From Schmidtea polychroa (taxonomy: Eukaryota), in contig CM097885.1 of the NCBI GenBank assembly GCA_044892525.1, forward strand, positions 9,240,001-9,304,000: DNA of 64,000 nt, in the 5' to 3' direction. How positions within the stretch are numbered: position 1 is the stretch's first letter; each line of letters begins with the position of its first letter. Below are positions 32,546 through 47,316 of the stretch, one piece after another. The notes beneath the pieces are model-generated. The model was not told where the DNA came from and did no database searches. It worked only from the letters and a program-made list of their open reading frames with translations. The position numbers and the translations under genes are program-made.

Positions 32546-35296
32546 TTATTTGTGGGTGGGAAACATGACCTTGGTTTCTATGACAACCCCACCGGCACTT
32601 GAGTGGGATTTTGACATTTGTGGCTTCGATTGTCCTGTGTCCCATTTCGTCTTGCGCATTCTCATTTCGGAATCAATAACTAAAGATTTGATCGTTAAAT
32701 AATCAATAGATAATCAATAATTATTCCACTTTTCGTTGTGGCGGTTTTGTTGGGTTTCGTTGCGGTGCCGCTTGAGAGTTGATCCAATCGCTTCCGCTCC
32801 GCCGCATCTTGGGCCTTGGCGAGCACCTCGTAATAGGATTCCTCTCCGAATCGATATGGATCATAAAGTTCCTAATTATTGATTAATTAAAAATTTTTTA
32901 AAAATTAATTGAAAAAAAATTCAAATTAATAATTAATTAAATAATTTTAATAATTTATAAAAAATTACTTAGTAATTAAATATTAATAAAAAAATATTTA
33001 ATTAAATTATTTATTAATTAATAATAAAAAATTAATAATCACAATTAATTAATAAAAAATTAATTAATAATTAATAATTTGTTAATTAAAAATATTTATT
33101 AAAAAATAATTAAAATTAATTTTAATAAATAATAAATTAAATATTAAATTAGTTAAAATATTTAATTAAATAATATAATTAAGAAACAAAAAAAAATCTA
33201 ATTAATCTAATAAAATTTATTTATAATTCTAAATTAATTATTAATAAATAATAAAAAATCAATAATCAATAATCACAATTAATTTATTAATTAAGAAATT
33301 ATATTAAAAAATAATTAGAATTAAATAAAGTATTTTTAACTAATAATTAATTTATAAAAAAAATAAAAAATTAGTTGGAAATTAAATATTAATAAAAACT
33401 CAATTAGAATTAATTTTTAAAAATAATAATTTATATTATAAAATGCAAATTAGTTATTAATTAAAATATTTAATAAAATGATTTAATTTATCAAAAATAA
33501 ATAATTAATAAATAAAAAAATTAAATTTAATAAATAATTTATTTATAAAAGAAATTTAAATTAATTATTAATAAAAAATAATCAAAAATAAATAATCACA
33601 ATCAAATTTATAAAAATTAAAAATTAATATTTAGTAAATATTTATAATAAAATTAATAAAATAATAAAACTAAATAAAATAAAATAAATTTATTAATTAA
33701 AAATATTTATTAAAAAATAATTTAAATTATTATTTATACAAATTACAAATTAATTAAAATATTTAATTATTAATTAATAAATAAAAATAAATAATCACAA
33801 TTAATTAATAAAAACAAATTAATGATTAAAATAATATTTATTAAATATTTATAATAAAAAAGTCAATTATTAAAATAAATAATTAATAAAAAATTCAAAT
33901 CTAATAAATAATTTATTAATAAAAGTAATCTAAATTAATCATTAATTAATATATAATAAATATTTATAATAAAGTCAATAATTAAAATAATAAAATTAAA
34001 ATGAAAAATAAATATTCACAATTAATTATATAATTATATAAATAATAATAAACAAAAAATTAGTTGGTTATTAAATATTAATAAAAATTCAATAAAAATT
34101 AATTTTAATAAATAATATATTCAAAAATAAATAATAAAGAAAAAAATAAAATCTAAGAAATAATCAGAATTAATTAATAATTTATTTATAAAAGAAATTT
34201 AAATTAATTATTAATAAAAAATAATCAAAAATAAATAATCATAAATTAATTAATAAAAAATAGAAATTAATTATTAAATTAATTTTTAGTAAATATTTAT
34301 AACAAAAAGTCAATTAAAAATTATTCTAATAAATAATTAATAATTTAAACGAACCGGTGGATAATTTGTTCCCCTCTCATCGATTTTCATGTGCTCGATT
34401 AATTTCTCATAAATGCTCGGGTTGCGATACTCTTTATTGTTCAAAATCAATTGTGCAATGTTGCAACGGGAATTCTTGGCCTTTGCACGTAAGTCGGCAA
34501 TTTTTTGCTCGAGATCAGCTGGAGGTTTGCCTGGTGGAGGAGGAGGTAATTTTATTTCTGATTGGTTGAATATCTGACGGGACAGTAAATATGGTAATTC
34601 GCTGCCTTTCGGGCGCTTTGTCATTACGATTGCTTTGACTTGGGAAGATGATTGGCCACTTCGACTTTTCAGGTCAACATCTCGAGGTGGACGGTCATGA
34701 GTATCTTCGTTTTCAATATCGGATTCACGACCTTCTACGTTAAAGCATTCATCATTGTCAACAGGAATCGATTCTTGAATATCTAAAGTTGAAATAATTT
34801 ATCTTAAATGATTGATCAGTTCTTACCATCTTTTTTTGCCGAAGATTCTTTTTCATTCGTAAACGTCAAATAATTCTCACTGTCATTCTCATCATCATCG
34901 TCCTCATCAAAATACTCATCCTCGTCCATTCCATATGAAACAAGACCACCAATATTACCTGTCAAACTAATTACAATTCAATTTAAAAAAACAGTCTAAC
35001 TATCATTAGTTTTTCTTCTTTTTAAAGGAATAACTTCGGAATTTATTTCTTTTGGTGAATGGTCATTAGAGCAATTTGATTTCGTATCATTTGTTATTGG
35101 ACTAATATCCATTGCTTAAAAGAATATTTATTTCTTTTACATATTTTAAATACTTACATCGCATTTCATTAGATTGATCATTTGAATTTTCGCGTGGAGG
35201 CAAGGGTATATTGCTTAAACTATCTAATTCTTCATCTGATATATCCGAACCATAAGTAACTAACGAATGTTTACTAGAATCTTTAGGTGACTGCAT
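32546..35296 (-). CDS. SAP30BP: SAP30-binding protein (HCNGP family), multi-exon
   Basis: N-terminal SLVTYGSD and acidic region. LPPPPPG...KEYRNPSIYEKLI...IDERGTNYPP splices to ELYDPYRFGEESYYEVLAKAQ; last exon has RKTKWD; stop at 32546. Confidence 0.88.
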
Positions 35297-35963
35297 AAAC
35301 TAAAATTATAATTATTAAATTATTTGAAAACTTTCTGTATAATTTATTATTAAAACAAAATTGTTTATTATAAATATGTAATTAAAATGTAATAAATGAT
35401 ATAAAGTTCAAATTTAGGATTCAGGCATAATAATATATTCTTTATCGTGAAAGAAAAATTAATTTATGAGGTTTAGTAAATTTTCAAGAAAATTTTAAAT
35501 GTAAAAAATATTTTTATTGGAAAACTGAAGAACATTTCCGGATTTCCTTCAATATCATTTCATACATAACAATACGTTAAAATTAGTTTTATTAAATAAA
35601 GTAAAATATATGTAAAATATCTGTAATCTGAAAAAAATCAACTCAAAAAAAATTTACAACGGAGTTCATCGAGTAGGAAATCTGCGGTCTAAATTTTTAA
35701 AATAAAGTAAATTAAGGTTTCAAATGAGTAAATCAAGGTCCAAATTTTGAAATTAAGTAATCAATGGACTAAAATTTTAAATTAAAGTAAAATAAGTAAA
35801 TTAAAGTAATAATTTTTAAATAAGTAAATTAAAGTAAGATTTTTAAATTTATTATCAAAAGATTGAATAACCACCAACTTTCCACTCTACTTTCATTTAA
35901 TTGTTGTATAATCGCCTCATTTTTAAAGAATAACATAATTTAAGATTTTGCATGCATAATTAT

Positions 35964-37830
35964 AGTTAGATATCTTTTTGTTTAAATAATTTGGAATTGG
36001 CGGTTTTTGTGAATTAATTAAAAACTTATTTATTTATAAATTCTTTGATTAAATATATATTGTTAGTTCAAGATTTTTGCTGCATATTTAAAGATGAATT
36101 TAACTGGCGACCACGCCGAAAATCAAAATATCAACGCTATTTCGAAATCGACAAAATCGCGAATGGAATGCCTCCCGAAATCTTGCCAAGACATGCTCAC
36201 ACTGAACATCAGATGATATGATGGACGAGGTTTAAAAGAAGCCGAAGAATGGATCAGGGATATAGAAAAATGGTTGCTGAAAAATGGACAGCGATTGACA
36301 AGCACTTTCGATGTGTTATTAGTGGCAGAAGCAAAGACATTGTGGGGAAACGTCAGAGAGAAGAATAAATAAAGCACTAGTGGCGATGGCAGGTGAGAAT
36401 AATAAAGATATTAAAGGAATGATCAGGGAATACGGCGGAATTTTTATGGCATCGAAATTCGATCTGGGATTTATAAACTTAGTTCGACATGAGATGCGGA
36501 TAACAGGAGGCCCAATAATGCAACATCCTCGACGTCAACCAATGCACATGGAAAAGAGGATTGAAGAACTGATAAAAGAGTTAATGAAAGCAAATGTTAT
36601 TCGGTGTTGCAAGAGTCCTCGGAATGCCCCGTTAGTGATAGTAGGGAAGAAAGATGGATCTATCAGGATGTGTGTAGATTATCGTGGATTAAATTCCATA
36701 GCATAAAAAGAATCATTTCCTATGCCTAACACCAAATTCTTTGTAGACTGTCTCGCGAATGCAAAAATATTTTCGTCAATCGATTTAGGTCAGGCGTATT
36801 ATCAAGTGGAGTTGGCTCCAGAAATTCAAGAAATGATTGCATCCAGTACAAGAGAAGGACAATTTTGCTTCAATAGACTACCGTTTGGCTTAGCAACAGC
36901 TCCTGCGACATTCCAGAGACTGATGCACACAGTGCTAGAAGGAATACTATTCAAGGGAGTAATAGTTTATCTAGATGATATCTTGGTATATTGTAAAAGT
37001 CAAAAAGACCACGATGAGCTATTAAGGGAAATATTCAGAAGAATTCAAGTGGCAGGACTGAAGATAAATCCAGATAAATGCAAATTCAATAAAACAGAAT
37101 TGTGTTTCCTTGGTCACACAATTAACGAGAAGGGTATCCAGACAAACAGGAAGAAAGTGGAAGAGATCGAGAAAGCAGAAGTACCAAAATTTTCAAAACA
37201 ATTGAGATCGTTTCTCGGATTAACGAACTACTATAGAAGATTCATCAAAGACTATGCCAAAATCGCCGAACCATTATACGCTGCAACATCTGGATGCGAT
37301 AAAGATATAAATTGGACTAAAGAATGCAATGAGAGCTTCCAAACTCTGAAGAGACGGTTGTGCGAAGCACCTATCCTTGATTTTCCAAGAGAAGATAGGA
37401 CTTTTATCTTAGACACAGACGCTAGTTTCGGAGCCATTGGTGCAGTTTTGAGTCAAATTACAGAAGATGGAGAAGAATCTGTCAAAGCCTATGGCTCGAG
37501 ACATATGTTATCACATGAAAAGGGATACTGTGTAACCAGGAAAGAACTGCTCGCCGTACATGAATACGTCATGCATTTTAGAGAATATCTGTATGGGAAA
37601 AATTCATAATTCGCACCGACCACAAGGCATTGGTTTTCATGAACACTACAAAAGCGCCAATCAGTCCGCAGTTCCAAACATGGTTAGCTAACCGGTCGGA
37701 ATATGATTTTGAACTAAAATATCGGAAAGGCTAAGAACACTCAAATGCAGATGGACTATCAAGATTAAAAAGTATGGTTTGCACCCAGTGTCAAACAAGA
37801 CATGAAGAAGCTAAGGAAGGAAAATCAAAG

Positions 37831-37871
<41 letters not shown>

Positions 37872-39227
37872 TATCCAAAGAACAGAAGCTATGGAAAAAG
37901 TATGGGAACAACAACAAAAGGACATTCGGTTTTGAGAGCTGTGAGAGATATTGGAAAATGGATGTACACTGGAGAAAAAGAATTGTTTTCCTTTTAATGT
38001 AAAAAATACACAAATTGATGGAGGATTAATAACAGTAGAAAAGAACAAAAATATCTTAATGTTAGTCCCAGAAACATTTGCAGGCCTGTTAACAACAACC
38101 CTACATGAAGAACTATGTCACATTAGAGTTAAGAAATTATTTCATTACATGGAAAAGATATTTTATTGGCCGAAAATGCAAGAAACAATCCAACTCTGTT
38201 TACAATGTTGAGAGATCTGCGCTAAGAGAAAGATCGATCAAACAAGAACCAAGGAAACATTTATTCCTAGATACAGCTCTGAATTCCTAGAACAGATTGT
38301 TATAGATGTGGCTTACATACAAATAAACACCATAAAAAATATATGGTAGTAATAGTGGACCGTTTTAGCAAACTGATTTCTTAACTGCAATCACAAAGCA
38401 AGACGAAGGGACCATTTTCAAAACAATACTTAATAGTTGGATCTATCGATTTGGAAAACCGAAGAGCATTTTAACAGATAGAGGCCAAAATTTCGAAGAG
38501 AATTTCCTAAGACAGAAGCTACAGAAACTTGGAATCAAACAGGAATTCAGCTCACCTTACCAGCACCAATCAAATGGTTTAGCCAAACGAGCCATACGAA
38601 CGATAAGAGATCTTATTACAGCAACACTGGCAGGCAGATGTGAAGAGAGAAACTGGCACGAACTTCTACCCAGAATAGAGTTCACTATAAATAGCAGTCG
38701 ACAAAGTGCTACAGGTTTATCACCATTTGAGAAAATTTATGGACAGAGTGTTAACCTACACTCTAACCTGAAACAAGCCGAGATATCAAGAAGCGAAAGA
38801 ATCGAAGACGCGAGATTTAACTTGAGTAAAGCCACAGACACTATGAGAGCTATGGATAAGACAAAGAGAGGGCACTCGTGTTTTCGAGGTGGGGGAGGAG
38901 GTACTCGTACGTAAAGAGCCGCAGAACAGGCACAAGGATGGTATGCAATACGATGGGCCATATAAAATCGTCAGATTTCTATCACCTCATCGAGTCGAAC
39001 TACATTCACAAGAAGGAACGAAAGAAAGAAGAATTGAGTGGCTGAAGAAGTGGAAAAAGTCTTAAGAAAGGGAGAGTTAGATATCTTTTTGTTTAAATAA
39101 TTTGGAATTGGCGGTTTTTGTGAATTAAATAAAAACTTGTTATTTATAAATTCTTTGATTAAATATATATTGTTAGTTCAAGATTTATGCTGCAAATTTA
39201 AAGATGGATCTAAAGATGGATTTAACT
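35964..39227 (+). mobile_element. Ty3/Gypsy LTR retrotransposon, internally deleted and inactive
   Basis: LTRs 35964-36105 and 39075-39227 (AGTT...AACT), 5-bp TSD ATTAT, PBS TGGCGACCACG, PPT AAGAAAGGGAG. RT (YLDD), RNase H (DTDAS) and integrase relics with frameshifts. Confidence 0.93.
36380..39060 (+). pseudogene. Gypsy pol (RT-RNaseH-integrase) pseudogene
   Basis: RMCVDYRGLN, LPFGL..APATFQR, YLDD, FLGLTNYYRRFI and LDTDAS; multiple stops and frameshifts; (TA)n insertion at ~37833-37870. Confidence 0.9.
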
Positions 39228-39484
39228 ATTATAAAAATTAAAAACGAAAAAAATATGGCTTAGAAAGGTTCAATAAAATATAGAGATCAGACAAAATATG
39301 ATGACGAATAAATGTTCGAAATCACTCAAGCAAATTACCCCAGATATCTAATTTTTCGTGTTGAACAGATTGAACTAATTTATCGCTCTTCATTCACTCT
39401 TACTTTTACCTAAGTATTGGTTAAATTCCATTAGGTCAGACCAAATTTTCGATAATCCGATATAGTATTGTTTAATTATTTTCA

Positions 39485-39650
<166 letters not shown>

Positions 39651-41428
39651 TCTGAGGTTATAAAAGTAAATTATTATAAAATTATATTATGTTAAATTGA
39701 ATAGTTTCGAGTGAAAAGAAAACCAAAATTGAACGAAAGAGCATGGCGATCAATCAGAGAAGTAATGGCAAAGGTAGGTGTGATGAAAACAGAACTATAA
39801 AAGGGTACATTCAGACACAAAGTGGGAAAAAATGAGCAAATCTGAGAATTTGGGATAAGGAGAAATGCTATCGAAATTGAAACTGGAAATCGGGAGAGAT
39901 GTAGATTAGGGAATGCCGAAGAAGACAGTGAGAAATAAACTGTTTAGAAAGGGTCGAAAACAGAAAAATATATAAAAACACAAAGTATAAATTAATTAAT
40001 TATTTAGCTGACACAAAAAATTTTAAAAAATTTAATTATGTAATTATACAATTTTAACATACCACAAGGTGAAAATCAATAAAAACACAAAATTCACAAT
40101 AATAATTTAAAGTACAAAATATTAATTAAAAATCAAAGAAATTATAAATGAATATTTTCCGGGAGAAACTTGAGTGAGCGAATGCCGCTAAAAGGAATTA
40201 ATTAGAAAAAACTAAAATTAATTAAAAATTAATTAGCTAATGGAGAACCCGAGAGTAGTAGGATTGGGGCTCCCCAGACCAGGAGCCCGCCAGGCCACAT
40301 ACCCCCTCCCCCCCGGAAAAAAAAAATTTTTTTTAGAACGAGGCCACATATTTTTAGAACTATTACGTAATCGGTGCCTAATATTTTTAGAACTATTACG
40401 TAATCGATGCCACATATTTTTAGAACGGTGCCACATATTTTTAGAACTATTACGTAATTTTTTTTTTAAATTAAGTGATCTGGCGGGCTCACACTTTTTT
40501 TCATCCCAAAAGTTAATGTTCCCACCATCAGATTTTATTGGACGATACCTCATCTTAAAGCTCAGCCCAAGACCTTTAAGATGTGCTATAGGTATTTTAT
40601 ATATCTTTAATAGTTTTAATGTTATTAACATTTAATGACCACCATCTTTTCAAAGTAAAATTATTATTATTATTTGTCAAAATATTATTAATTGGCCCAG
40701 CGGGCTCACACTTTTTTTTTCATCCCAAAGATTAATGTTCCCGCCAACATATTATATTGATCGATAGCTTATTTTAAAGCTCAATCCAAGACCTTTCGAA
40801 TGAGCCATGGAAGGTATCATCATCTGTAATATTAACAAAGAGAATGACTCACCCAATGACTCACCCAACGATGCCTAATAATTTTAGAACGATGCCTCAT
40901 ATTTTTAGAACGATGCCATATTATTAGTGGCCCAGCGGGCTCACACGTTTTTTTCATCCCAAAGATTAATGTTCCCGCCATCAGATTTTATTGGACAATA
41001 CCTCATCTTAAAGCTCAGTCCAAGACCTTTCGAATGAGCCATGGAAGGTATCATCATCATTAATATTAACAAAGAGAATGACTCACCCAATGACTCACCC
41101 AACGATGCCTAATAATTTTAGAACGATGTCTAATATTTTAGAACGATGTCTAATATTTTTAGAACGATGCCTAATATTTTTAGAACGATGCCTAATTTTT
41201 TTAGAACTAATAATTTTGTTTTAATTATCGATTACATAATAATTTAATTTTGTTTAAATCGTTGATTATATAATTTGTTTAAATCATTGATTATATAATT
41301 TTTTGTTTTAATTATCGAATACGTAATAATATAATTTGTTTAAATCGTTGATTACATATTATTATTTTTTAATTTTCAATATTTTCTTTTAAAATATTAA
41401 CGCCCGTGTGGAAGATGTTATTTTCAAA

Positions 41429-41464
<36 letters not shown>

Positions 41465-41829
41465 TGCAATTATTCATAAAACTTATTTTCTACATCAATT
41501 TCATGATTTTCAACATTTTCATCATTTGCATTTTTTAATAATTATCAATATTTTCATAATTTTCTACATTTTCAATATTTTCACGATTTTCAACATTTTC
41601 ATGATTATTTCAGGAACTTTTACATCAAATATTGTTCAAAGTATTATTTTCAAAGAATTATTTTCAAAGTTTTAATCAATATTATTATTATTATTAATAT
41701 TATTATTATGATTATTATTATATATACTCCTAGTCTATCCGACAAGATATTCTGTCCCCCTAAGGGTAATGGTCACAAAGGTACTGCTCACAATCAACAT
41801 GTCGCAAATTATTTTCAAATACAATTTCA

Positions 41830-41889
<60 letters not shown>

Positions 41890-42549
41890 CAAAAAATCTA
41901 AAATATGGTTTACACACACACACACACGACCCATTAACAATTATTTGTATCAATATTAGTGAAAACCTAAAATATCTTCTACACACATATACAACCCATT
42001 AAACTTTATTATTATTATTATTATTATTATTATAATTATTATTATTATTAGTGAAAAAATTTTAAATAATTTTTACATACTAAGTTATGGGGTAGAGTAT
42101 TATTATGTTTGCAGTATTCTGTGTTTGCCTTTACAGGAAGTTGTCAATAAGGAGCGATAGTTTTACACACACCTTCTACATACACATACCTTGTTTAAAA
42201 TGGGTGTATATACTCCTAGTTTATCCGACCACCTGAGAATAATATTGTTAATTTATCTCGGTGTTATTAAAATTATCTTTCGACTTTACGCTTCTTAACA
42301 TTTTAGAATAAGATTTTTTATCAAAATTTGTGTTAATTTGACTGATTCAATTTGATGGAGTTATTGTTAATTCGTTTTATTATATATACTCTGAGTTTAT
42401 CCGACAAGATATTTTCTCCCTCTATGGGTACTGCTCACAATTGGTACTGCTCGTAAGGGTACTAGTCGTAAAGGTACTGGTGTGTTTTAATGATTTTATT
42501 TAGGCAAATTTTTGGTTATTATTTAGCATTAAATTCATTGGTAATTTTT

Positions 42550-43700
42550 AGAGTTAGCGGGATTTTACTAACATTATTACTAACCTTTTTGTGAATAATT
42601 GAAAGAATATTTTGAAATTTAACGTTTTAGTGTTAATTCTAAGACAAATTTAATTAATTTCTTGATAATTTGCTATATTTTATTGACTTGTTTTTAAATT
42701 TACTTTTAAATAAAAATTATTTTTAATGACAGTTAGGTTAATAATTAGAGTTTTTACAATAATCAAGTGATTATTATTTAATTTTTGTAAAAATTATTGT
42801 AAAATATACTGAAATTTGTGATTTTGAAAGATATATCACGTTATAATTGCTATATAATTAGTTGAATCGATGAAGAATTATGATCAATCAATATATTTCA
42901 TCTCTAGTTAAGTAATTGATGGTAAATGTGGTGAAATATTTGTAGAAAATATTGATTTTAGTGAATTTTGATCTTTTAGTGGGCTCTTACTACATGAATT
43001 TAGATACTAAATTATTTCAATGGAAGGATGTCTGTAACAATTAAATAAAATTCATATTTTGAAGAATTTTCTATGGATTTTAAGAGAATTGATATATTAA
43101 AGGTCTGATATATTAAAGTCGGTTGGTTAAGATGGTAATATATGATTTTTAAGGGGGTGTTCAAAATGCTAGAAATATTTGGTGAGGGATCGGTTAAGGT
43201 GGAAATGTTTGAAATCTCTATTTAAATCGACAATGTTCTTATTGGTAAAATTTTAAAGGGAAATAGTCAGTATTTAGCTATGAATTAATAATAGTTCCTG
43301 TGAAATTATATCGTTTTAGAGGTTTATTAGGTTGTGATGAATGTTATTGCACAGTAATTTAGATTTATGTTTTAGAACCAGTTTTTTATTAATTATCCAC
43401 TGTTTTATTAAGTCGTTTAGGGTTAATGATCAATTTACTTGGTTTTCACAATGAAATATTTGAAATCTTTAGAATTAATTGGGATTGATATCAAAGGTTA
43501 TTGCTTTAAATTATTTACTTAAGAAGTTATTTTATTCATTGTGGGGACATCAGTGACAAAACTTGAGAAATATTGACTTAAAAGTTGGAAATCAACAACA
43601 GCTAAAGAAAGTTGATCTTTATTGAAGGAATTTTATGATTTTAATTAGATTTCTAGAAATTAAATCGGTTGAATATTAAAGGTAAAATCTATTGAAGGAA
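42550..43700 (-). mobile_element. Possible highly degraded LINE apurinic-endonuclease relic inside the 8.8 kb element
   Basis: Fragmentary motifs in the expected order on the minus strand: DFNI (~43115), HVV.EPT (~42985), DH (~42885). Confidence 0.3.
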
Positions 43701-46538
43701 TATTATTATCGGATGGATAAATCTTTCAATGATATTTTGCTAAATTACCTTTGCTAAATATTATTTTAAATGACTAAAAATAACAAAATTAACCAATATT
43801 CATAAATTTATCGCACAAAATATCCATGTTTTGGTTACTCAAACATCTTAAATTTCTCGCAAAGATATATTACGTCTAATGATCATCTAATTAAATTAGA
43901 AAATAATTGTTACTTTATAATATATATTTCTAACTAATAAGCCCCTTAATTGGATAAATGATAACCATATTTCTATTATGACTCCTTTAATTATTTTTGC
44001 CTCAAACAAATTTACTCTAAATGATAAAGAATTTAAAATTATCAATGAATAATGACCATGTTTTTCTCATATTATTAACTATTGTAACGAACATTAGATG
44101 AATAAATTATCTTTTGCTTTAAATGTCTAAAAAGTTAACCAATAAATTAGTCGCTCGACATAAGTGTAAAGTTACATTTAAAATATTCACAAATTTCTGA
44201 TTATCTTACCTAAGAATTTCTAAATGAATAATATACCCTTGCGACTTGTTGAGTGTGACCAGTACCCTTGCTAGCAATACCCATAGGGGGACAGAATATT
44301 TTGTCGGATAAACTAGGAGTATATGGTCTTTATTGATATATCAAAATACTGTTATTTATAAATCAACTAAAAATACTCAAAAATACTATATTATTTTACT
44401 GAATGATACCTTAAATGTTTTTAATATACATATTTCTAAAATAAATCATTAGTTCAAACCAACAACATGCATGGATGACGACCCCATTATTAATTTATTT
44501 CCAGTGTCACATCTTTCAAGAATACAGTGAGTGTTTTAACAAAGCTGAGCTAAAAGAAACTTTCCAGATAACAACTCACCTGAATGTTTTGAACAAAAAT
44601 GAGCAAAATTGCGAACAAACGATTAGATGGCGATTAACTTCTGGCCACATCCCTAACTACATGAAAATTAAGATTTTAATTATTGAATTCGTTGTTTTCT
44701 GCCTGGAAATACTAACAGAATATTTTTTAATTCAAAGAATCTTCATTATAAATTTTTGAATTTAAAAAATTAAATGAAGGATATATTAAATTTACAATAC
44801 ATAATATTATATAAAATTATACTGTATTTATTAATAAATTTAGAATACATAAAATTATAATATTATATAAAATTATACTATATAATAATGTTTAAATATG
44901 CTTAAATAACTAAATTGTTTAAATATTTTTAAATAACTAAATTTAAATGATTTAAATAAACTTTTCATATAACTTTATTTCTTTCGTTTTAGTATCCATA
45001 AAGTAAATAAATAAAGAATTTACTACAATATTTTAATTATTTTACTTAGTAATGAAGAAAATGAATTATATAATTATGAAGAAGATGAACCAGACAAATG
45101 GTGAAACACTAAAGGAGTTATAGTTCCGGATTTAGAGATTTCTTAATAAAACATAAAATATTGGATTATTTGGAAGATGAACCAGACAAAATGGTGAAAC
45201 ACTAAAGGAGTTATAGTTCCGGATTTCTTAAATGAATTAGCTGATTGTGGGTGTCCTTCAACATGAATGTTTACTTAAATTATGTAAACTTTCTTTCAAC
45301 GAATGTCAAGAAAAATGGAAAAACCGATGTTTTATCAATTAAGTAAAGTACTCGTCATACCTGAAGAATATTATTATTAATGTAAGATATGAATTAATTC
45401 TTTAAAATATATATATTATATTTAGGTATCTGTGTTTTATGGTGGGAAATGACATTGAAAAAGTATACCACAAATAACAGTTGCCTAATTTATCAAGCCT
45501 GTGACGATAAAATGCTAGATAATGTAAGTTAATTGCTTTTAAATCAATATAAATTTTAGCAATGATAGTTGACACCACATCAGAAACTAAGAAATACGTC
45601 CAATTCGCAAGATGTATTCCATGAAATCACTATCAAATGGCCTGATGGAGAGAATAATTTTGAGATAGATTACCAACAGAAGAGCGAGAAAAATTTGTAA
45701 ATTAAATGTAATAGGGTTGGGTGGGTCCTCTTTATCCCTTAATTAATATATATTTACAAGCTGATCGTCGTGGTGGGCGGTTGTAATCCAACTAGTGGGA
45801 GGCCTCTGTAAATATATATTTGTGTTAGTGAAAACATTAATTAATTTGGTTATAGTGCCAATGACGCATGTATTTTGAAATTATACGTTTCGAATGTGCT
45901 GGTAGTTGACTACCCATGCTAGGCGTAATGTTCCATACGGAAAGCTATAATGCCCAGGTTCTTCTGACCCCACTTGGGGAAGGCACAGACGACCCTTGTG
46001 GACGCGAACAAATATCCACCGTGTCCTTCAGGCACAGATATTTGGTCACTGCTCATTAGGCCTGGCAATACTAAATGCATACACTTTGCCTTGTCCTCTC
46101 TTGTCTTGATTTTTATCGTTTAAATATTATTAAAAATAGTGTGTGTGATAAATTTTATTTACTAACCTTAATAAACCATAATATGCTTTAAAATCGAAAA
46201 CCTTTGACTGTGAGTAGTACCCTTACGACCAATACCCATAGGGGGACAGAATATTTTGTCGGATAAACTAGGAGTATATACACCCATTTTAAACAAGGTA
46301 TGTGTATGTAGAAGGTGTGTGTAAAACTATCGCTCCTTATTGACAACTTCCTGTAAAGGCAAACACAGAATACTGCAAACATAATAATACTCTACCCCAT
46401 AACTTAGTATGTAAAAATTATTTAAGGTTTTTTCACTAATAATAATAATAATTATAATAATAATAATAATATTAATAATAAAGTTTAATGGGTTGTATGT
46501 GTGTGTAAAAATATTTTATGTTTTTGACTAATATTTGC

Positions 46539-46583
<45 letters not shown>

Positions 46584-46675
46584 TGTTAATGGGTTGTGCG
46601 TGTGTGTGTGTGTAGAAAATATTTTAGATTTTTCATTAACAATAATAATAATAATAACTCCCGCGCGTGTTAATA

Positions 46676-46850
46676 CAGTCGAATCCGCTTAATATCACGG
46701 GGTCCGGCCGATATATAAATGTGATAGAAACCGAATGTGCTATTAAGCGAAAAAAAAAATACGAAAATATGAAAAAAAAATACGAATATCTTGGCGTGAT
46801 AATAAGCGTATTGTGATATAAAACGATGTGCTATTAAGCGGATTGTACTG
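46676..46850. mobile_element. Tc1/mariner-pogo-type MITE, 175 bp
   Basis: TIRs CAGTCGAATCCGCTTAATA / TATTAAGCGGATTGTACTG flanked by TA. An empty-site version of the flanks is present at ~48050-48100. Confidence 0.8.
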
Positions 46851-47190
46851 TACTTTAAAAGAAAATATTGAAAATTTAAAAAATAATAATATTTATGCAA
46901 AGCATGTGCAATAATTATGTCTTTGTTAATTAAGTAAACTTTAGTGTCAAAATAAGTTTTTAAAATATTTTTAAATTTTAAATACCGCAACGTAATATAT
47001 TTTTGTTCTACCCCTTCATTGATTTAAGTTGGTCAGAATTTAATAATAATTATATTATACCCTTTGAGACATGTTGAATGTGAATAGTACACTTTTGACC
47101 ATTACCCATATGAGCAATACCTATAGAGGGGGACAGAATATTTTGTCGGATAGACTCTGACTATATATGATAATAATATTCCCTGCGCGC

Positions 47191-47316
<126 letters not shown>

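Noticed and set aside
40330..40460. Short repeats with variable spacing (also 41100-41210 and 48220-48530) that look CRISPR-like
   Set aside because: No unique spacers and no cas genes in a eukaryotic context. They are 21/33-bp tandem subterminal repeats.
40233..40635. 131-136 aa ORFs in the arms of the 8.8 kb element (also 48340-49163)
   Set aside because: They are translations of tandem repeats, open on both strands and crossing the element boundary.
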